The notes under the pieces: generated by a model
What the model was told of the DNA's origin: nothing
Seen by the model: the letters and a program-made list of their open reading frames with translations, nothing else
Databases searched by the model: none
Assembly (NCBI GenBank): GCA_038141925.1
Contig: JAYQJB010000002.1
Coordinates: 377,443 to 441,442 of the forward strand
Origin: Gammaproteobacteria bacterium
Lineage (GTDB): Bacteria > Pseudomonadota > Gammaproteobacteria > Magnimaribacterales > AG-339-G14
Direction: 5' to 3'
DNA: 64,000 bases
Translations under genes and position numbers: made by a program
Shown here: piece by piece, positions 28,824 to 40,186 of the stretch
Position numbering within the stretch: the stretch's first letter is position 1
How the letters are laid out: each line of letters starts with the position of its first letter

Positions 28824-29252
28824 ATGGCTGAAAAGAAAATAATGACATACATCAAACTTCAAGTTCCTGCAGGAGCTGCATCACCAAGTCCTCCTGTTGG
28901 ACCAGCCTTAGGACAACATGGAGTAAATCTTATGGATTTTTGTAACGCATTTAATTCTAAAACCAATGAATTGGAAAAAAATCTTCCTGTACCAGTAGTC
29001 ATTACTGTTTACGAGGATAGAAGTTTTGATTTCATTGTAAAAACGACTCCAGCAAGTGTTCTTCTAAAAAAGGCAGCAGGCCTTTCTAAAGGAAGTCCAA
29101 CACCAAATTCAGAAAAAGTTGGAAAAGTCTCTAGGAAACAATTAGAAGAAATTGCAGAAGCAAAAATGGCTGATTTAAACGCTACCGACATGGATCAAGC
29201 TGTAAAAATTATTGAAGGAAGTGCCAGAAGCATGGGAATAGAGGTAATTTAA
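28824..29252 (+). CDS. rplK: 50S ribosomal protein L11
   Basis: 142 aa. [25 protein letters not shown]. Confidence 0.98.
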   Translation: MAEKKIMTYIKLQVPAGAASPSPPVGPALGQHGVNLMDFCNAFNSKTNELEKNLPVPVVITVYEDRSFDFIVKTTPASVLLKKAAGLSKGSPTPNSEKVGKVSRKQLEEIAEAKMADLNATDMDQAVKIIEGSARSMGIEVI

Positions 29253-29908
29253 TGTCTCAAGAAACTAAAAAATATTTGATCGAGGAAGCTTTAGGTGAAC
29301 TTAATTCTAAGGCTTCAAAAAAATTCACTGAATCTTTGGATGTTTCAATTAACTTAGGAATTGATGCTTCCAAATCAGATCAAAATGTTCGAGGAGCATC
29401 AAATCTCCCTCATGGAAACGGGAAATCTTTCAAAGTTGCAGTATTTGCTGATGGCGATGAAGCAACTCAAGCAAAAGAAGCAGGAGCAGATAAAGTAGGC
29501 ATGGAAGATCTTGCAGAGGAAATAAAAGCAGGCAATATGGATTTTGATGTTGTGATTGCAACACCTGACACCATGAGAGTAGTTTCTCCTCTAGGACAAA
29601 TTCTTGGTCCAAAGGGATTGATGCCAAATCCAAAATCAGAAACTGTTACTAAGGATATTCCAAATACAGTAAAAAACGCAAAATCAGGACAAATTAGGTA
29701 CAAATCAGATAAACAAGGTATAATCCACGCCCGTATTGGACAGATAGGATATACAGAAGAACAATTGAAAGATAATTTAGAAGCTTTTTTAACAGATGTT
29801 AAGAAGGCAAAACCCCCTTCGGCAAAAGGGGTTTATATTTCAAAAGTAACCCTCTCTTCCACCATGGGTAAAGGGTTTGAAATTGATACTGCAAAACTTA
29901 ATTTTTAA
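29252..29908 (+). CDS. rplA: 50S ribosomal protein L1
   Basis: 218 aa. [35 protein letters not shown]. The N-terminus is about 14 aa shorter than E. coli L1. The start overlaps the rplK stop (TAATG). Confidence 0.97.
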   Translation: MSQETKKYLIEEALGELNSKASKKFTESLDVSINLGIDASKSDQNVRGASNLPHGNGKSFKVAVFADGDEATQAKEAGADKVGMEDLAEEIKAGNMDFDVVIATPDTMRVVSPLGQILGPKGLMPNPKSETVTKDIPNTVKNAKSGQIRYKSDKQGIIHARIGQIGYTEEQLKDNLEAFLTDVKKAKPPSAKGVYISKVTLSSTMGKGFEIDTAKLNF

Positions 29909-30095
29909 TTTATAGATGAGTTTGTTTGAAAAAATAAGAATTTTAAGCTGTTGTAACTTCGTTACAACCGTCTTAGACCGTAGGAGTTTAACTTCATTAA
30001 ACTTAATGTTTCCTACGCAGATAGTTCAAAAAGATTTCTCTTTTTGGACAAAAGGTTCCTCTTTTGGAAATTTAATCAAAGGAGGGTTTTAATTA
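29909..30095 (+). promoter_or_regulatory. structured rplJ (L10) leader candidate
   Basis: The 187-nt gap is unusually long for this window and holds stacked hairpins. These are GTTGTAAC-ttc-GTTACAAC (29950-29968), CGTAGGA..GTTTAA-cttca-TTAAAC..TCCTACG (29979-30017) and CAAAAAG-atttct-CTTTTTG (30027-30046). A GGAGGG Shine-Dalgarno follows. Confidence 0.45.
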
Positions 30096-30614
30096 ATGTC
30101 ACGCTTAGATACTAAGAAAGTTCTAGTTGAGGATTTAAATAAGATTGCTCAAGAAGCTTTTTCTGTGATCGCGGTTGATTATCGAGGAACTAATGTTCCT
30201 GGTTTAACTCAACTTAGAAAGGAAGCTAAATCACAGTCTGTTCAATTAAAAGTTATTAAAAATACTTTAGCAAAAAGAGCTTTGGAGAATACTAAATTCG
30301 ATTCTCTAAACGAAATTCTTACAGGTCCAACCCTGTTGGCTTTTTCTATGAATGATTTTCAAAGTGCAGCAAAACTTGTAAAAGACTTTGCAGCTAAAGA
30401 AGAATCATTTGAAGTAAAAGGGCTTTCCATAGGAGAAGGTTTTCTTGAGCCAATTGAGCTTAAGGCCTTAGCTTCTCTTCCATCAAAAGAAGAAGCAATT
30501 TCTATGCTTTTAGGATTAATGCAGGCTCCACTTAATAAACTTGCAGGAACTTTAAATGAGGTTCCGTCTCAGTTAGTTAGAACTGTTAACGCAGTGAGTC
30601 AAACAAAATCTTAA
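30096..30614 (+). CDS. rplJ: 50S ribosomal protein L10
   Basis: 172 aa. VIAVDYRGTNVPGLTQLRKEAK, KVIKNTLAKRAL. Confidence 0.97.
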   Translation: MSRLDTKKVLVEDLNKIAQEAFSVIAVDYRGTNVPGLTQLRKEAKSQSVQLKVIKNTLAKRALENTKFDSLNEILTGPTLLAFSMNDFQSAAKLVKDFAAKEESFEVKGLSIGEGFLEPIELKALASLPSKEEAISMLLGLMQAPLNKLAGTLNEVPSQLVRTVNAVSQTKS

Positions 30615-30640
30615 CTATCTAGGTATAACGGAGAAAAATA

Positions 30641-31021
30641 ATGGCTACTACTAAAGAAGAAATACTCGATGCGATATCAGAAATGAGCGTTATGGATGTA
30701 GTTGATTTAGTAAAACTTATGGAAGAAAAATTTGGCGTCACTGCTGCAGCTCCAGTTGCTGCTGCTGCTGCTCCTGCCGCAGGAGGCGAAGCCGCTGCTG
30801 CTGAAGAGCAAAGTGAATTTGAAATTTTCTTAGCTGATGTTGGTGAAAAGAAAATCGATGTCATCAAAGCTGTGAGAGCAATCACTGGCTTAGGCTTGAA
30901 AGAAGCAAAAGCAATAGTTGATGGTGCTCCCGCTTCTGTTAAAGAAGGCGCAAATAAAGATGAGGCTGAACAAGCTAAATCTCAACTTGAAGAAGCTGGC
31001 GCAAAAGTAGAACTAAAATAA
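30641..31021 (+). CDS. rplL: 50S ribosomal protein L7/L12
   Basis: 126 aa. Ala-rich hinge, [21 protein letters not shown]-terminal KVELK. Confidence 0.98.
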   Translation: MATTKEEILDAISEMSVMDVVDLVKLMEEKFGVTAAAPVAAAAAPAAGGEAAAAEEQSEFEIFLADVGEKKIDVIKAVRAITGLGLKEAKAIVDGAPASVKEGANKDEAEQAKSQLEEAGAKVELK

Positions 31022-31044
31022 CATCATTTATAGGCTAAATTTAT

Positions 31045-34000
31045 ATGGCAAGTACGTACTCATTTGCAGAAAAAAAGAGAATAAGAAAAAGTTTTGAAAA
31101 AATTTCTAGTGCGATGTCACTACCTGATATCTTAGAAATTCAAACCGATTCGTATGATTACTTTTTACAAAATATTCCTGATGCTACAAAAAGGAAAAAT
31201 CAAGGCTTGGAAAGCGTTTTTCAATCGATTTTTCCAATCAACAGTGTTTCTGGAAATGCAAGGATTGAGTACTTAGGCTATAAACTTCAAGAGCCTGAAT
31301 TCGATGTTCAAGAGTGTCTTCCGCGAGGAAAAACTTATGAGGCGCCTTTAATAATAAGATGCAGAATCATCTTTATTGATAAAACCACTGGCGAAGAAAA
31401 CCTCAAGAGCGCTAGAGAAGAAGAAGTTTATATGGGAACTGTTCCTTTGATGACTGACCATGGAACTTTTGTCATCAACGGTACTGAAAGGGTAGTTGTT
31501 TCGCAACTGCATAGATCACCAGGTTTGATATTTGATCATGACAGGGGCAAAACTCATTCATCAGGGAAACTTTTATACTCATCTAGGGTCATTCCTTATA
31601 GAGGCTCTTGGCTAGACTTTGAATTTGATCACAAAGATCTTGTTTACATTCGTATTGATAGAAGAAGAAAACTCTATGCAACTATTTTACTCAGGGCAAT
31701 AGGTTTTACTTCCCAAGAGATATTAGAAAAATTCTATGAAAAAGAAACTTATCTGATTGGTTCAAATAGTTATGCTTTGAAAGTCATTCCCAGAAGAATG
31801 GTTGGAAAGATTGCCCCTTCAGATATTAAAGGCACTCAAGGAGTAATTATCGAAGCAGGTAAAAGAATCACTGCTAGACATATAAGATTAATTGAGTCTA
31901 GTAAGATTAAAACTTTAGAGGTTCCAAAAGAAAGTCTCTTCAATCAAACAATTGCTGAAGATATTATTGATCCATCAACTGGAGAAATCGCAATAGCATG
32001 CAACACTTTGATCGATGAAGAAGTTCTTCTCAAATTGAGTGAGCTAAAACTAAAAGAAATTAATGTCCTTTATATAAATGAGCTTGAATCAGGCCCATAT
32101 ATTTCAGATACCTTAAGATCAGACACTACTTCAAATTCACTTGAAGCTCTTGCTGAAATTTACCGAATTATGAGACCTGGGGAACCACCTACCAAAGAAG
32201 CCGCAACTCTATTGTTTGAGAACTTATTTTTTAATGCAGATAAATATGATCTTTCTGATGTGGGAAGGATGAAATTCAATAAAAGGCTTGGTAGGGAAGA
32301 ATTAATAGGAAAAGGAACTCTAGATAACGACGATATTCTTGAGGTTATAAAAACTTTGGTAGATATCCGAAATGGAAAACAAACCTGTGATGATATAGAC
32401 CATCTTGGAAACCGAAGAATTAGATCAGTTGGAGAAATGGTTGCTAACCAAGTTAGAGTTGGTTTATTGAGAGTGGAAAGAGCTGTAAGAGAAAGGCTAA
32501 ACATTGCAGAAGCAGAAGAATTAGGGCCAGCAGATTTAATTAATGCAAAACCAATAACAGCTGCAATTAATGAGTTTTTCGGTTCAAGTCAGTTATCTCA
32601 ATTCATGGATCAAAATAACCCTCTATCTGAAGTAACTCATAAAAGACGGGTTTCGGCATTAGGCCCTGGAGGACTAACTCGTGAAAGGGCTGGTTTTGAG
32701 GTTAGAGATGTTCATCCTTCTCATTACGGAAGAGTTTGTCCTATTGAAACTCCTGAGGGACCTAACATTGGTTTAATAAATTCTCTGTCTGTATATGCAA
32801 AAGTTAATGATTTTGGTTTTCTTGAAACCCCTTACAGAAAAGTAGAAAACGGCAAGGTAACCGATGAAATTCAAAATGTATCTGCCATTGAAGAAGGTGA
32901 ATTTGTTATTGCACAAGCCTCTGTAAAATTAGACAAAAATAATAAATTTGTTGAAGAGCTCGTTCCAGTAAGATATCGAAATGAATTTGAGTTGATGACT
33001 GTAGATAGAGTTGATCTTATGGATGTTTCTCCTCAACAAGTAGTCTCTATTGCTGCAGCGCTAATACCTTTTCTAGAGCATGATGATGCAAATAGGGCAC
33101 TGATGGGATCAAACATGCAACGTCAAGCAGTACCAACCTTATCAACAGAAGCTCCTTTAGTTGGTACTGGTATGGAAAGACTGGTAGCACAATACTCGGG
33201 AGATTGTATTATTGCTAAAAATTCTGGAACTGTAGAAAAAGTTGATTCTGGAAAAATTGTTGTAAGAAAAAATCTTAAAGAGATAAGTGCAACGGATTCT
33301 GCTGTCGATATTTATAATTTGATCAAATACACAAGATCAAATCAAAATACCTGCATCAATCAAAGGCCTATCGTAAGCGAGGGAGATAAGATTTCTGCCG
33401 GAGACATATTGGCAGATGGCTCTTCTATTGATTTAGGAGAATTAGCTCTTGGAAAAAACATAAAAATTGCCTTGATGACATGGCATGGCTACAACTTTGA
33501 AGATTCAATCTTAATTTCAGATAAATTAGTCAAAGAAGATAAGCTTACAAGTGTTCATATTATTGAGGAGACTTGCACTGCAAGAGATACAAAACTAGGT
33601 CCAGATGAAATTACAGCGGACATTCCCAACGTAGGCGAGTCTGCTCTTTCAAAACTCGACGAATGTGGAATAGTACACATTGGAGCTGAAGTAAATGCAG
33701 GAGACATTCTTGTTGGTAAAGTAACGCCAAAAGGCGAAACACAACTTTCTCCAGAAGAAAAACTATTAAGAGCAATTTTTGGAGAAAAAGCATCTGATGT
33801 TAAAGATACTTCTTTAAGAGTTAAAGCTGGGCAAGATGGAACTGTTATTGATGTTCAAGTTTTTACAAGAGAAGGTTTAGAAAAAAATTCTCGTGCTGAA
33901 GTAATAGAATCGGTTTCTTTAGCAGAGATTCAAAAAGATATCGATCAAGAATTAAACATAGTCTCTGAAGCTACAACAAATTCCCTTATGTCTTCGCTTG

Positions 34001-35121
34001 AGGGCAAGAAAGTCATTAGCGGAAGGGGTATTTCCAAGGGAGAGGCTTTGACAAAAGATTTCTTAAAGAGCTTGCCTGCTGCTGAATGGTTCAAATTGAG
34101 AATGCAAGATGAAAAACTGAATGATTTGATTAAAGAATCTAAAGATAATCTCAAAAAATATGAGGATATGCTCAAAGAACGTTTTGAAGCTAAAAAAAGA
34201 AAAATAGTTTCTGGCGATGATTTGCCTCCAGGGGTGCAACAAGTAATAAAAGTTTATCTTGCTGTAAAAAGAAAAATTCAGCCTGGAGATAAACTTGCAG
34301 GAAGGCATGGAAACAAAGGTGTAATTTCAGTAGTTATGCCTGTTGAGGATATGCCTTATGATGAAAACGGAGAACCAGTTGATTTAGTTCTAAATCCTTT
34401 AGGAGTTCCTTCGAGAATGAACGTAGGACAACTTCTTGAAGTTCACCTAGGCTGGGCTTCAAAAGAACTAGGCAAAAAAATAGGCGAGCTTGTTGAAAAG
34501 TCTAAGAACCTTTCTGAAGTAAAACCTTTTGTTGAAAAAATTTATTCTTCTACTGGAAAAAAAGAAGAGCTTGAAAAACTGTCTGATAAAGAATTCAAAG
34601 AGCTATGTGAAAACTTAAAATCAGGAGTGCCAATGGCTACACCTGTTTTTGATGGAGCCTCAGAAGAAGAGATTAAAAAGATGCTCGAACTAGCTGATTT
34701 ACCATCTTCTGGCCAAGCTCAACTATATGATGGAAGAACAGGTGAGCCTTTCGATAGATTAGTGACAATTGGGTACATGTATATCCTAAAATTAAATCAC
34801 TTAATTGAAGATAAGATGCACGCTAGATCTACAGGTTCATATAGTCTTGTTACTCAACAACCTCTCGGAGGAAAAGCTCAATTTGGAGGACAAAGGCTTG
34901 GAGAAATGGAAGTATGGGCTCTTGAAGCTTATGGAGCTGCTAACACTTTACAAGAAATGTTAACTGTAAAATCAGATGACGTACCAGGAAGAACAAAGGT
35001 ATACAAAAATATTGTTGATGGTAACTATGAAATGGAAGCTGGTATCCCCGAATCCTATAATGTTTTAACCAAAGAAGTCAGGTCCTTAGGAATTGATATA
35101 GACTTCGATGAGGTAGATTAA
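31045..35121 (+). CDS. rpoB: DNA-directed RNA polymerase subunit beta
   Basis: 1358 aa uninterrupted. [42 protein letters not shown]. Confidence 0.99.
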   Translation: MASTYSFAEKKRIRKSFEKISSAMSLPDILEIQTDSYDYFLQNIPDATKRKNQGLESVFQSIFPINSVSGNARIEYLGYKLQEPEFDVQECLPRGKTYEAPLIIRCRIIFIDKTTGEENLKSAREEEVYMGTVPLMTDHGTFVINGTERVVVSQLHRSPGLIFDHDRGKTHSSGKLLYSSRVIPYRGSWLDFEFDHKDLVYIRIDRRRKLYATILLRAIGFTSQEILEKFYEKETYLIGSNSYALKVIPRRMVGKIAPSDIKGTQGVIIEAGKRITARHIRLIESSKIKTLEVPKESLFNQTIAEDIIDPSTGEIAIACNTLIDEEVLLKLSELKLKEINVLYINELESGPYISDTLRSDTTSNSLEALAEIYRIMRPGEPPTKEAATLLFENLFFNADKYDLSDVGRMKFNKRLGREELIGKGTLDNDDILEVIKTLVDIRNGKQTCDDIDHLGNRRIRSVGEMVANQVRVGLLRVERAVRERLNIAEAEELGPADLINAKPITAAINEFFGSSQLSQFMDQNNPLSEVTHKRRVSALGPGGLTRERAGFEVRDVHPSHYGRVCPIETPEGPNIGLINSLSVYAKVNDFGFLETPYRKVENGKVTDEIQNVSAIEEGEFVIAQASVKLDKNNKFVEELVPVRYRNEFELMTVDRVDLMDVSPQQVVSIAAALIPFLEHDDANRALMGSNMQRQAVPTLSTEAPLVGTGMERLVAQYSGDCIIAKNSGTVEKVDSGKIVVRKNLKEISATDSAVDIYNLIKYTRSNQNTCINQRPIVSEGDKISAGDILADGSSIDLGELALGKNIKIALMTWHGYNFEDSILISDKLVKEDKLTSVHIIEETCTARDTKLGPDEITADIPNVGESALSKLDECGIVHIGAEVNAGDILVGKVTPKGETQLSPEEKLLRAIFGEKASDVKDTSLRVKAGQDGTVIDVQVFTREGLEKNSRAEVIESVSLAEIQKDIDQELNIVSEATTNSLMSSLEGKKVISGRGISKGEALTKDFLKSLPAAEWFKLRMQDEKLNDLIKESKDNLKKYEDMLKERFEAKKRKIVSGDDLPPGVQQVIKVYLAVKRKIQPGDKLAGRHGNKGVISVVMPVEDMPYDENGEPVDLVLNPLGVPSRMNVGQLLEVHLGWASKELGKKIGELVEKSKNLSEVKPFVEKIYSSTGKKEELEKLSDKEFKELCENLKSGVPMATPVFDGASEEEIKKMLELADLPSSGQAQLYDGRTGEPFDRLVTIGYMYILKLNHLIEDKMHARSTGSYSLVTQQPLGGKAQFGGQRLGEMEVWALEAYGAANTLQEMLTVKSDDVPGRTKVYKNIVDGNYEMEAGIPESYNVLTKEVRSLGIDIDFDEVD

Positions 35122-35125
35122 ATTT

Positions 35126-38100
35126 ATGAAAGATTTATTAAAACTTTTTAAACAGGAAGAAGAAAATAATTTCAACGCAATTAAAGCCGGACTAGCTTCT
35201 GGGCAGCAAATTAGATCTTGGTCTTTTGGAGAAGTAAAAAAGCCTGAAACTATTAATTACCGTACGTTCAAACCTGAGAGAGATGGTTTATTTTGCGCAA
35301 AAATATTTGGTCCAGTTAAGGATTATGAATGTATCTGTGGCAAATATAAAAGAATGAAGCACAGAGGAGTTGTCTGTGAAAAGTGCGGAGTTGAAGTAAC
35401 TCTAGCTAAAGTCAGAAGAGAAAGAATGGGACATATAGAATTGGCAGCTCCAGTTGCACATATTTGGTTTTTAAAATCTCTTCCTTCTAGAATATCTCTC
35501 CTTTTAGATAAGACTCTCAGAGAAGTAGAAAGAATTTTATACTTTGAATCTTTCGTGGTCACAGACCCAGGCATGACTGATCTTGAAAAAGGCCAAATTT
35601 TAGACGAAGAAGAATACTTTGAAAAACTTGAGGAGTTTGGAGAAGAATTTTCTGCTGGCATGGGAGCAGAATCTGTAAAAATTCTTCTTTCTGAGATGAA
35701 TTTGGATAATGAAATATCAGAAGTACAAGAACAAATAGATTCTACAAATAGTGATGCCAAGAAAAAGAAGCTTTCCAAAAGATTAAAAATACTTAAGGCT
35801 TTTACCTCCTCCAATAACAAACCAGAGTGGATGATCTTGGATGTATTACCTGTGTTACCTCCAGACTTAAGACCTCTAGTTCCATTGGAAGGTGGAAGGT
35901 TTGCAACATCCGATCTTAACGATCTTTACAGGAGAGTTATTAATCGTAATAACAGACTTAAAAGATTAATAGAGCTTAATGCTCCTGAAATAATTGTAAG
36001 AAATGAAAAAAGAATGCTTCAAGAATCAGTGGATGCATTACTCGACAATGGTAGAAGAGGAAGAGCTATCACTGGTTCAAACAAAAGGCCTTTGAAATCA
36101 CTCGCAGATATGATTAAAGGAAAACAAGGAAGATTTAGACAAAATCTTCTTGGTAAAAGAGTAGATTATTCTGGAAGATCTGTAATTGTTGTAGGACCAA
36201 CATTGAAACTTCATCAATGTGGACTTCCTAAGAAAATGGCTTTGGAGCTTTTCAAGCCATTTGTTTTTGGAAAACTTCAACAACTAGAATTAGCAACAAC
36301 TATTAAAGGTGCTAAAAGAATGGTTGAAAGGGAAGAACCAGTAGTTTGGGACATTTTGGCCGATGTAATCAGAGAACATCCGATTCTGCTAAATAGAGCA
36401 CCTACTCTTCATAGACTCGGAATTCAAGCTTTTGAACCAACCTTAATCGAAGGAAAAGCCATTCAACTTCATCCTCTCGTTTGTAAAGCTTACAATGCAG
36501 ACTTTGATGGCGATCAAATGGCTGTTCATGTTCCTCTTACTTTAGGAGCTCAACTGGAGTGTCGAGCTTTAATGATGGCAAGTAATAATATTCTTTCACC
36601 TTCTAATGGAAAACCAATCATTGACCCTTCGCAAGATGTAGTACTTGGTATTTATTACATGACTAGAGAAAAGGTTTCAGCCAAAGGAGAAGGTTCTATT
36701 TTTGCTGATATAAATGAAGTTCATAGGGCTTATGAAAGTGGAAACGTTGATCTTCAGGCAAAAGTTAAAGTTAGATTAGCTAATAAAGAATCAGAGTTAA
36801 ATCTTTTAGATACTACTGTAGGAAGAGCAATTCTTTCTGGAATTCTTCCTAAGGAACTTGATTTTGAACTCATAAATAAACCTTTGGATAGTAAAGCGAT
36901 ATCTTCTCTCATTAATATGGCATATAGGCATAGCGGTTTGAAAGAAACAGTAATATTTGCAGACAAACTAATGTACTTGGGGTATGAGTACTCTACTAAA
37001 TCCGGCTCTTCAATTTGTGTAGATGATTGTCAAATCCCTACCGATAAAGAAGAAATCATCTCAAGTGCTGAGTCTGAAGTAAAAGAAATTGAATCTCAGT
37101 ATTCATCTGGTTTAGTAACACAAGGTGAAAAGTACAACAAAGTTATTGATATTTGGTCAAGAGCTAATGAAAAAGTCGCAAGCTCATTGATGGACACAAT
37201 CTCAACAGAAAAAGTTGAAGACAGAGAAGGTAATTCTATAGATCAAAAATCCTTTAATTCGGTATTTATGTATTTAGATTCTGGAGCAAGAAGTTCCCCT
37301 GCTCAGGTTAGACAACTAGCCGGAATGAGAGGCCTAATGGCTAAACCAGATGGCTCAATAATTGAGACTCCAATTACTGCCAACTTTAGAGAAGGTTTAA
37401 CTGTTCTACAATATTTCACTTCTACTCATGGCGCTAGAAAAGGTCTGGCAGATACTGCTTTAAAGACTGCCAACTCAGGTTATTTAACAAGAAGATTGGT
37501 TGATGTTGCGCAAGATCTTGTAATTAGAGAAGAAGATTGCGAAACAAAAGAAGGTATAGAATTAAGATCAATTATTGAAGGTGGTGAAGTTGTTCAACAT
37601 TTAAAAGATAGAATTTTAGGTAGAGTTTTAGCTGAACCATTATCTTCAAAAGATGGGTCATTCAAAATTTCTAAAGGCACATTAATTGATGAAGCCTTAG
37701 CTGAACAAATTGAACAAAACAATATAGATATTGCAAAAGTAAGATCTCCAATAACTTGTGAAACTAGTTTTGGAATTTGTTCAAAATGCTATGGAAGAGA
37801 TTTGGGAAGAGGCAATCTAGTAGATCCCGGCGAAGCCGTTGGAATCGTTGCTGCTCAATCTATTGGAGAACCTGGAACTCAACTTACAATGCGAACTTTC
37901 CACATCGGAGGAGCTGCTTCTAGGTCATCAGAAGAAGACAGAATTCAACCTAAGTATGACGGGACTGTGAAAATTAGAAATCTAAATACACTTCAAAATA
38001 AGTCTAAAAAACAAGTTTGCATTTCTAGATCAGCTGAATTGGTTCTTTTTGATGAAAATGAATCTGAAAAAGAAAGGTATAAAATTCCTTACGGAGCAGA

Positions 38101-39298
38101 AATAAATGTCAATGAAGGTGCTGCTATCAAATCTGGAGAATTGTTGGCAACTTGGGATCCATTAAATCACCCGATAATTTCTGAAGTTAAGGGTAAGGTA
38201 AATCTTAAAGATATGGAAAATGGTATAACCATTAGGGAAGTAACTGATGAGTTAACAGGCCTATCAAGTGTAGAGATCTTGGATGCGTCTGAGAGAACTT
38301 CTGCAGGAAAAGATATGAATCCTATGGTGGTCATAACTGATGCTAAAGGGAAAGAAGTTATGCTTCCTGGAGGTAAAAGACCTGCTGAATATAAGTTAGA
38401 ACAAAAATCTCTCGTGAATGTAACTGATGGTCAATCTATAGAAATAGGTGATGTCCTTGCAAGAATTCCTAAAGAATCTTCAAAAACAAGAGATATTACT
38501 GGAGGACTTCCTAGAGTGGCTGATTTATTCGAAGCAAGACAACCAAAAGAAGTAGCTATTCTTGCTGAAATAAGCGGTGTGGTTTCTTGGGGAAAAGAGA
38601 CCAAGGGAAAAAGAAGACTTGTTTTAACTGGAAAGGAAGGTAAAGAAGAGATTGTTCGTGAAACTTTAATACCTAAAACAAGAAGTATTAATGTCTTTGA
38701 AGGAGAAACCGTCACCAAAGGAGATGTGATAAGTGAAGGCTCCTTGAGCCCTCATGATATTCTATCTTTGAAAGGAGTTGAGGAGCTAACAGAGTATGTG
38801 GTTAATGAGATTCAAGATGTTTATCGACTACAAGGTGTTGAAATCAGTGATAAACACATCGAGTGTATCTTAAGACAAATGCTTAGAAAAGTTGAAGTTA
38901 CTGAGTCTGGTGATACGGATCTTATCATTGGAGATCAACTAGAGCTTTCAGAGGTATTACAACAAAATAAAAAAGCCTCTTCAGATGGTGGAATTCCAGC
39001 TAAATTCAAGCGTCTTTTATTAGGAATTACAAAAGCATCTCTTGCTACAGAGTCTTTTGTTTCAGCTGCATCTTTCCAAGAAACTACAAGAGTTCTTACC
39101 GAAGCCTCTGTAACTGGAAAGATAGATAAATTAAGAGGGCTTAAAGAGAATGTTGTAATAGGAAGGCTTATTCCTGCTGGAACTGGATACGGCTCTTCTC
39201 AAGGACAAGCAGACTTAGTCTCAGATATTGAATCTGAGCTTAGCGAAGTAATTGCTGATACTGAAGCTGATCAAAGTGAATCTACTAGCGAAGAATAG
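35126..39298 (+). CDS. rpoC: DNA-directed RNA polymerase subunit beta'
   Basis: 1390 aa uninterrupted. Zn ribbon [23 protein letters not shown] and catalytic [12 protein letters not shown]. Confidence 0.99.
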   Translation: MKDLLKLFKQEEENNFNAIKAGLASGQQIRSWSFGEVKKPETINYRTFKPERDGLFCAKIFGPVKDYECICGKYKRMKHRGVVCEKCGVEVTLAKVRRERMGHIELAAPVAHIWFLKSLPSRISLLLDKTLREVERILYFESFVVTDPGMTDLEKGQILDEEEYFEKLEEFGEEFSAGMGAESVKILLSEMNLDNEISEVQEQIDSTNSDAKKKKLSKRLKILKAFTSSNNKPEWMILDVLPVLPPDLRPLVPLEGGRFATSDLNDLYRRVINRNNRLKRLIELNAPEIIVRNEKRMLQESVDALLDNGRRGRAITGSNKRPLKSLADMIKGKQGRFRQNLLGKRVDYSGRSVIVVGPTLKLHQCGLPKKMALELFKPFVFGKLQQLELATTIKGAKRMVEREEPVVWDILADVIREHPILLNRAPTLHRLGIQAFEPTLIEGKAIQLHPLVCKAYNADFDGDQMAVHVPLTLGAQLECRALMMASNNILSPSNGKPIIDPSQDVVLGIYYMTREKVSAKGEGSIFADINEVHRAYESGNVDLQAKVKVRLANKESELNLLDTTVGRAILSGILPKELDFELINKPLDSKAISSLINMAYRHSGLKETVIFADKLMYLGYEYSTKSGSSICVDDCQIPTDKEEIISSAESEVKEIESQYSSGLVTQGEKYNKVIDIWSRANEKVASSLMDTISTEKVEDREGNSIDQKSFNSVFMYLDSGARSSPAQVRQLAGMRGLMAKPDGSIIETPITANFREGLTVLQYFTSTHGARKGLADTALKTANSGYLTRRLVDVAQDLVIREEDCETKEGIELRSIIEGGEVVQHLKDRILGRVLAEPLSSKDGSFKISKGTLIDEALAEQIEQNNIDIAKVRSPITCETSFGICSKCYGRDLGRGNLVDPGEAVGIVAAQSIGEPGTQLTMRTFHIGGAASRSSEEDRIQPKYDGTVKIRNLNTLQNKSKKQVCISRSAELVLFDENESEKERYKIPYGAEINVNEGAAIKSGELLATWDPLNHPIISEVKGKVNLKDMENGITIREVTDELTGLSSVEILDASERTSAGKDMNPMVVITDAKGKEVMLPGGKRPAEYKLEQKSLVNVTDGQSIEIGDVLARIPKESSKTRDITGGLPRVADLFEARQPKEVAILAEISGVVSWGKETKGKRRLVLTGKEGKEEIVRETLIPKTRSINVFEGETVTKGDVISEGSLSPHDILSLKGVEELTEYVVNEIQDVYRLQGVEISDKHIECILRQMLRKVEVTESGDTDLIIGDQLELSEVLQQNKKASSDGGIPAKFKRLLLGITKASLATESFVSAASFQETTRVLTEASVTGKIDKLRGLKENVVIGRLIPAGTGYGSSQGQADLVSDIESELSEVIADTEADQSESTSEE

Positions 39299-39299
39299 T

Positions 39300-39328
39300 T
39301 TGACCAAATGACAATGTCTCATTAAAAT
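39300..39328 (+). promoter_or_regulatory. candidate str-operon promoter (TTGACC, 17-nt spacer, TAAAAT)
   Basis: TTGACC at 39300-39305, 17-nt spacer, TAAAAT at 39323-39328. It lies in the 43-nt rpoC-rpsL gap, and the ATG at 39342 has no Shine-Dalgarno. Confidence 0.4.
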
Positions 39329-39341
39329 CGCGCACTTAATT

Positions 39342-39713
39342 ATGGCAAGAGTAAATCAACTAATAAGAAAACCAAGAAAGGTTAAGAAAGCTAAAAGTGA
39401 TGTCCCTGCATTGGTAGGTTCTCCACAAAAAAGGGGAGTTTGTACTAGGGTTTATACAACAACGCCAAAAAAACCTAATTCGGCTTTAAGAAAAGTTTGT
39501 AAAGTAAGATTAACTTCTGGATATGAAGTTATTTCCTACATTGGTGGAGAGGGCCATAATCTTCAAGAACACTCTGTTGTTTTAATAAGAGGTGGTCGAG
39601 TTAAAGATCTTCCAGGTGTTAGATATCATACTGTTAGAGGTACACTGGATACTACAGGTGTCGAAGACAGAAAACAGCGAAGATCTAAATACGGATCTAA
39701 GAGGCCTAAGTAA
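39342..39713 (+). CDS. rpsL: 30S ribosomal protein S12
   Basis: 123 aa. [21 protein letters not shown]. Confidence 0.99.
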   Translation: MARVNQLIRKPRKVKKAKSDVPALVGSPQKRGVCTRVYTTTPKKPNSALRKVCKVRLTSGYEVISYIGGEGHNLQEHSVVLIRGGRVKDLPGVRYHTVRGTLDTTGVEDRKQRRSKYGSKRPK

Positions 39714-40183
39714 TGCCTAGAAAAGGACCAGTCCCGAAAAGAGATGTTATCCCCGATCCAAAATATGGGAACGTAAAACTTGATAAGTATGTAAATAACT
39801 TAAAGCAACGAGGAAAAAAGAGTACAGCTGAAAAAATTATCTACTCTGCCTTAGACCAAGTATCTTCAAAATCAAAAAGAGACCCACTTGAAGTTTTTGA
39901 AGAAGCTTTAGATCAAGTTGGCCCTCAAGTTGAAGTTAAATCCAGAAGAGTTGGCGGTGCAACTTATCAGGTCCCTTTAGAAGTAAAAACATCTAGACGT
40001 CTTGCTTTAGCTATGAGATGGATCGTTTCAAGTGCTAAGAAAAGATCTGAAAAAAATATGTCTACAAAACTGGCTGGAGAATTGATTGATGCTGCAGACG
40101 GAAGAGGAGAGGCAGTAAAAAAACGTCAGGATACCCATAAAATGGCTGAAGCAAACAAAGCTTTCTCTCACTTTAGATTTTAA
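39713..40183 (+). CDS. rpsG: 30S ribosomal protein S7
   Basis: 156 aa. [14 protein letters not shown]. Start overlaps the rpsL stop. Confidence 0.99.
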   Translation: MPRKGPVPKRDVIPDPKYGNVKLDKYVNNLKQRGKKSTAEKIIYSALDQVSSKSKRDPLEVFEEALDQVGPQVEVKSRRVGGATYQVPLEVKTSRRLALAMRWIVSSAKKRSEKNMSTKLAGELIDAADGRGEAVKKRQDTHKMAEANKAFSHFRF

Positions 40184-40186
40184 TCA

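Noticed and set aside
29916-30092. 58-aa ORF (MSLFEKIRILSCCNFVTTVLDRRS...) filling the rplA-rplJ gap.
   Set aside because: No Shine-Dalgarno. It runs through three strong RNA hairpins and ends inside the rplJ Shine-Dalgarno. The region is better explained as a structured L10 leader.
30619-30885. 88-aa Ala-rich ORF antisense to rplL.
   Set aside because: It mirrors the Ala-rich L7/L12 hinge (GCT/GCA codons read as AGC/TGC on the other strand). This is an artefact of the composition of a conserved gene.
35323-35820. 165-aa ORF antisense to rpoC. Similar long antisense or alternate-frame ORFs occur at 23076-23525 (in GH3), 43525-43905 (in rplD), 32160-32504 (in rpoB) and 25604-25930 (in birA).
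   Set aside because: Each lies entirely inside a confidently identified, highly conserved gene. The translations are low-complexity and S/F/L-rich, as expected for the complement of E/K-rich coding sequence. None has a Shine-Dalgarno or any recognisable motif.
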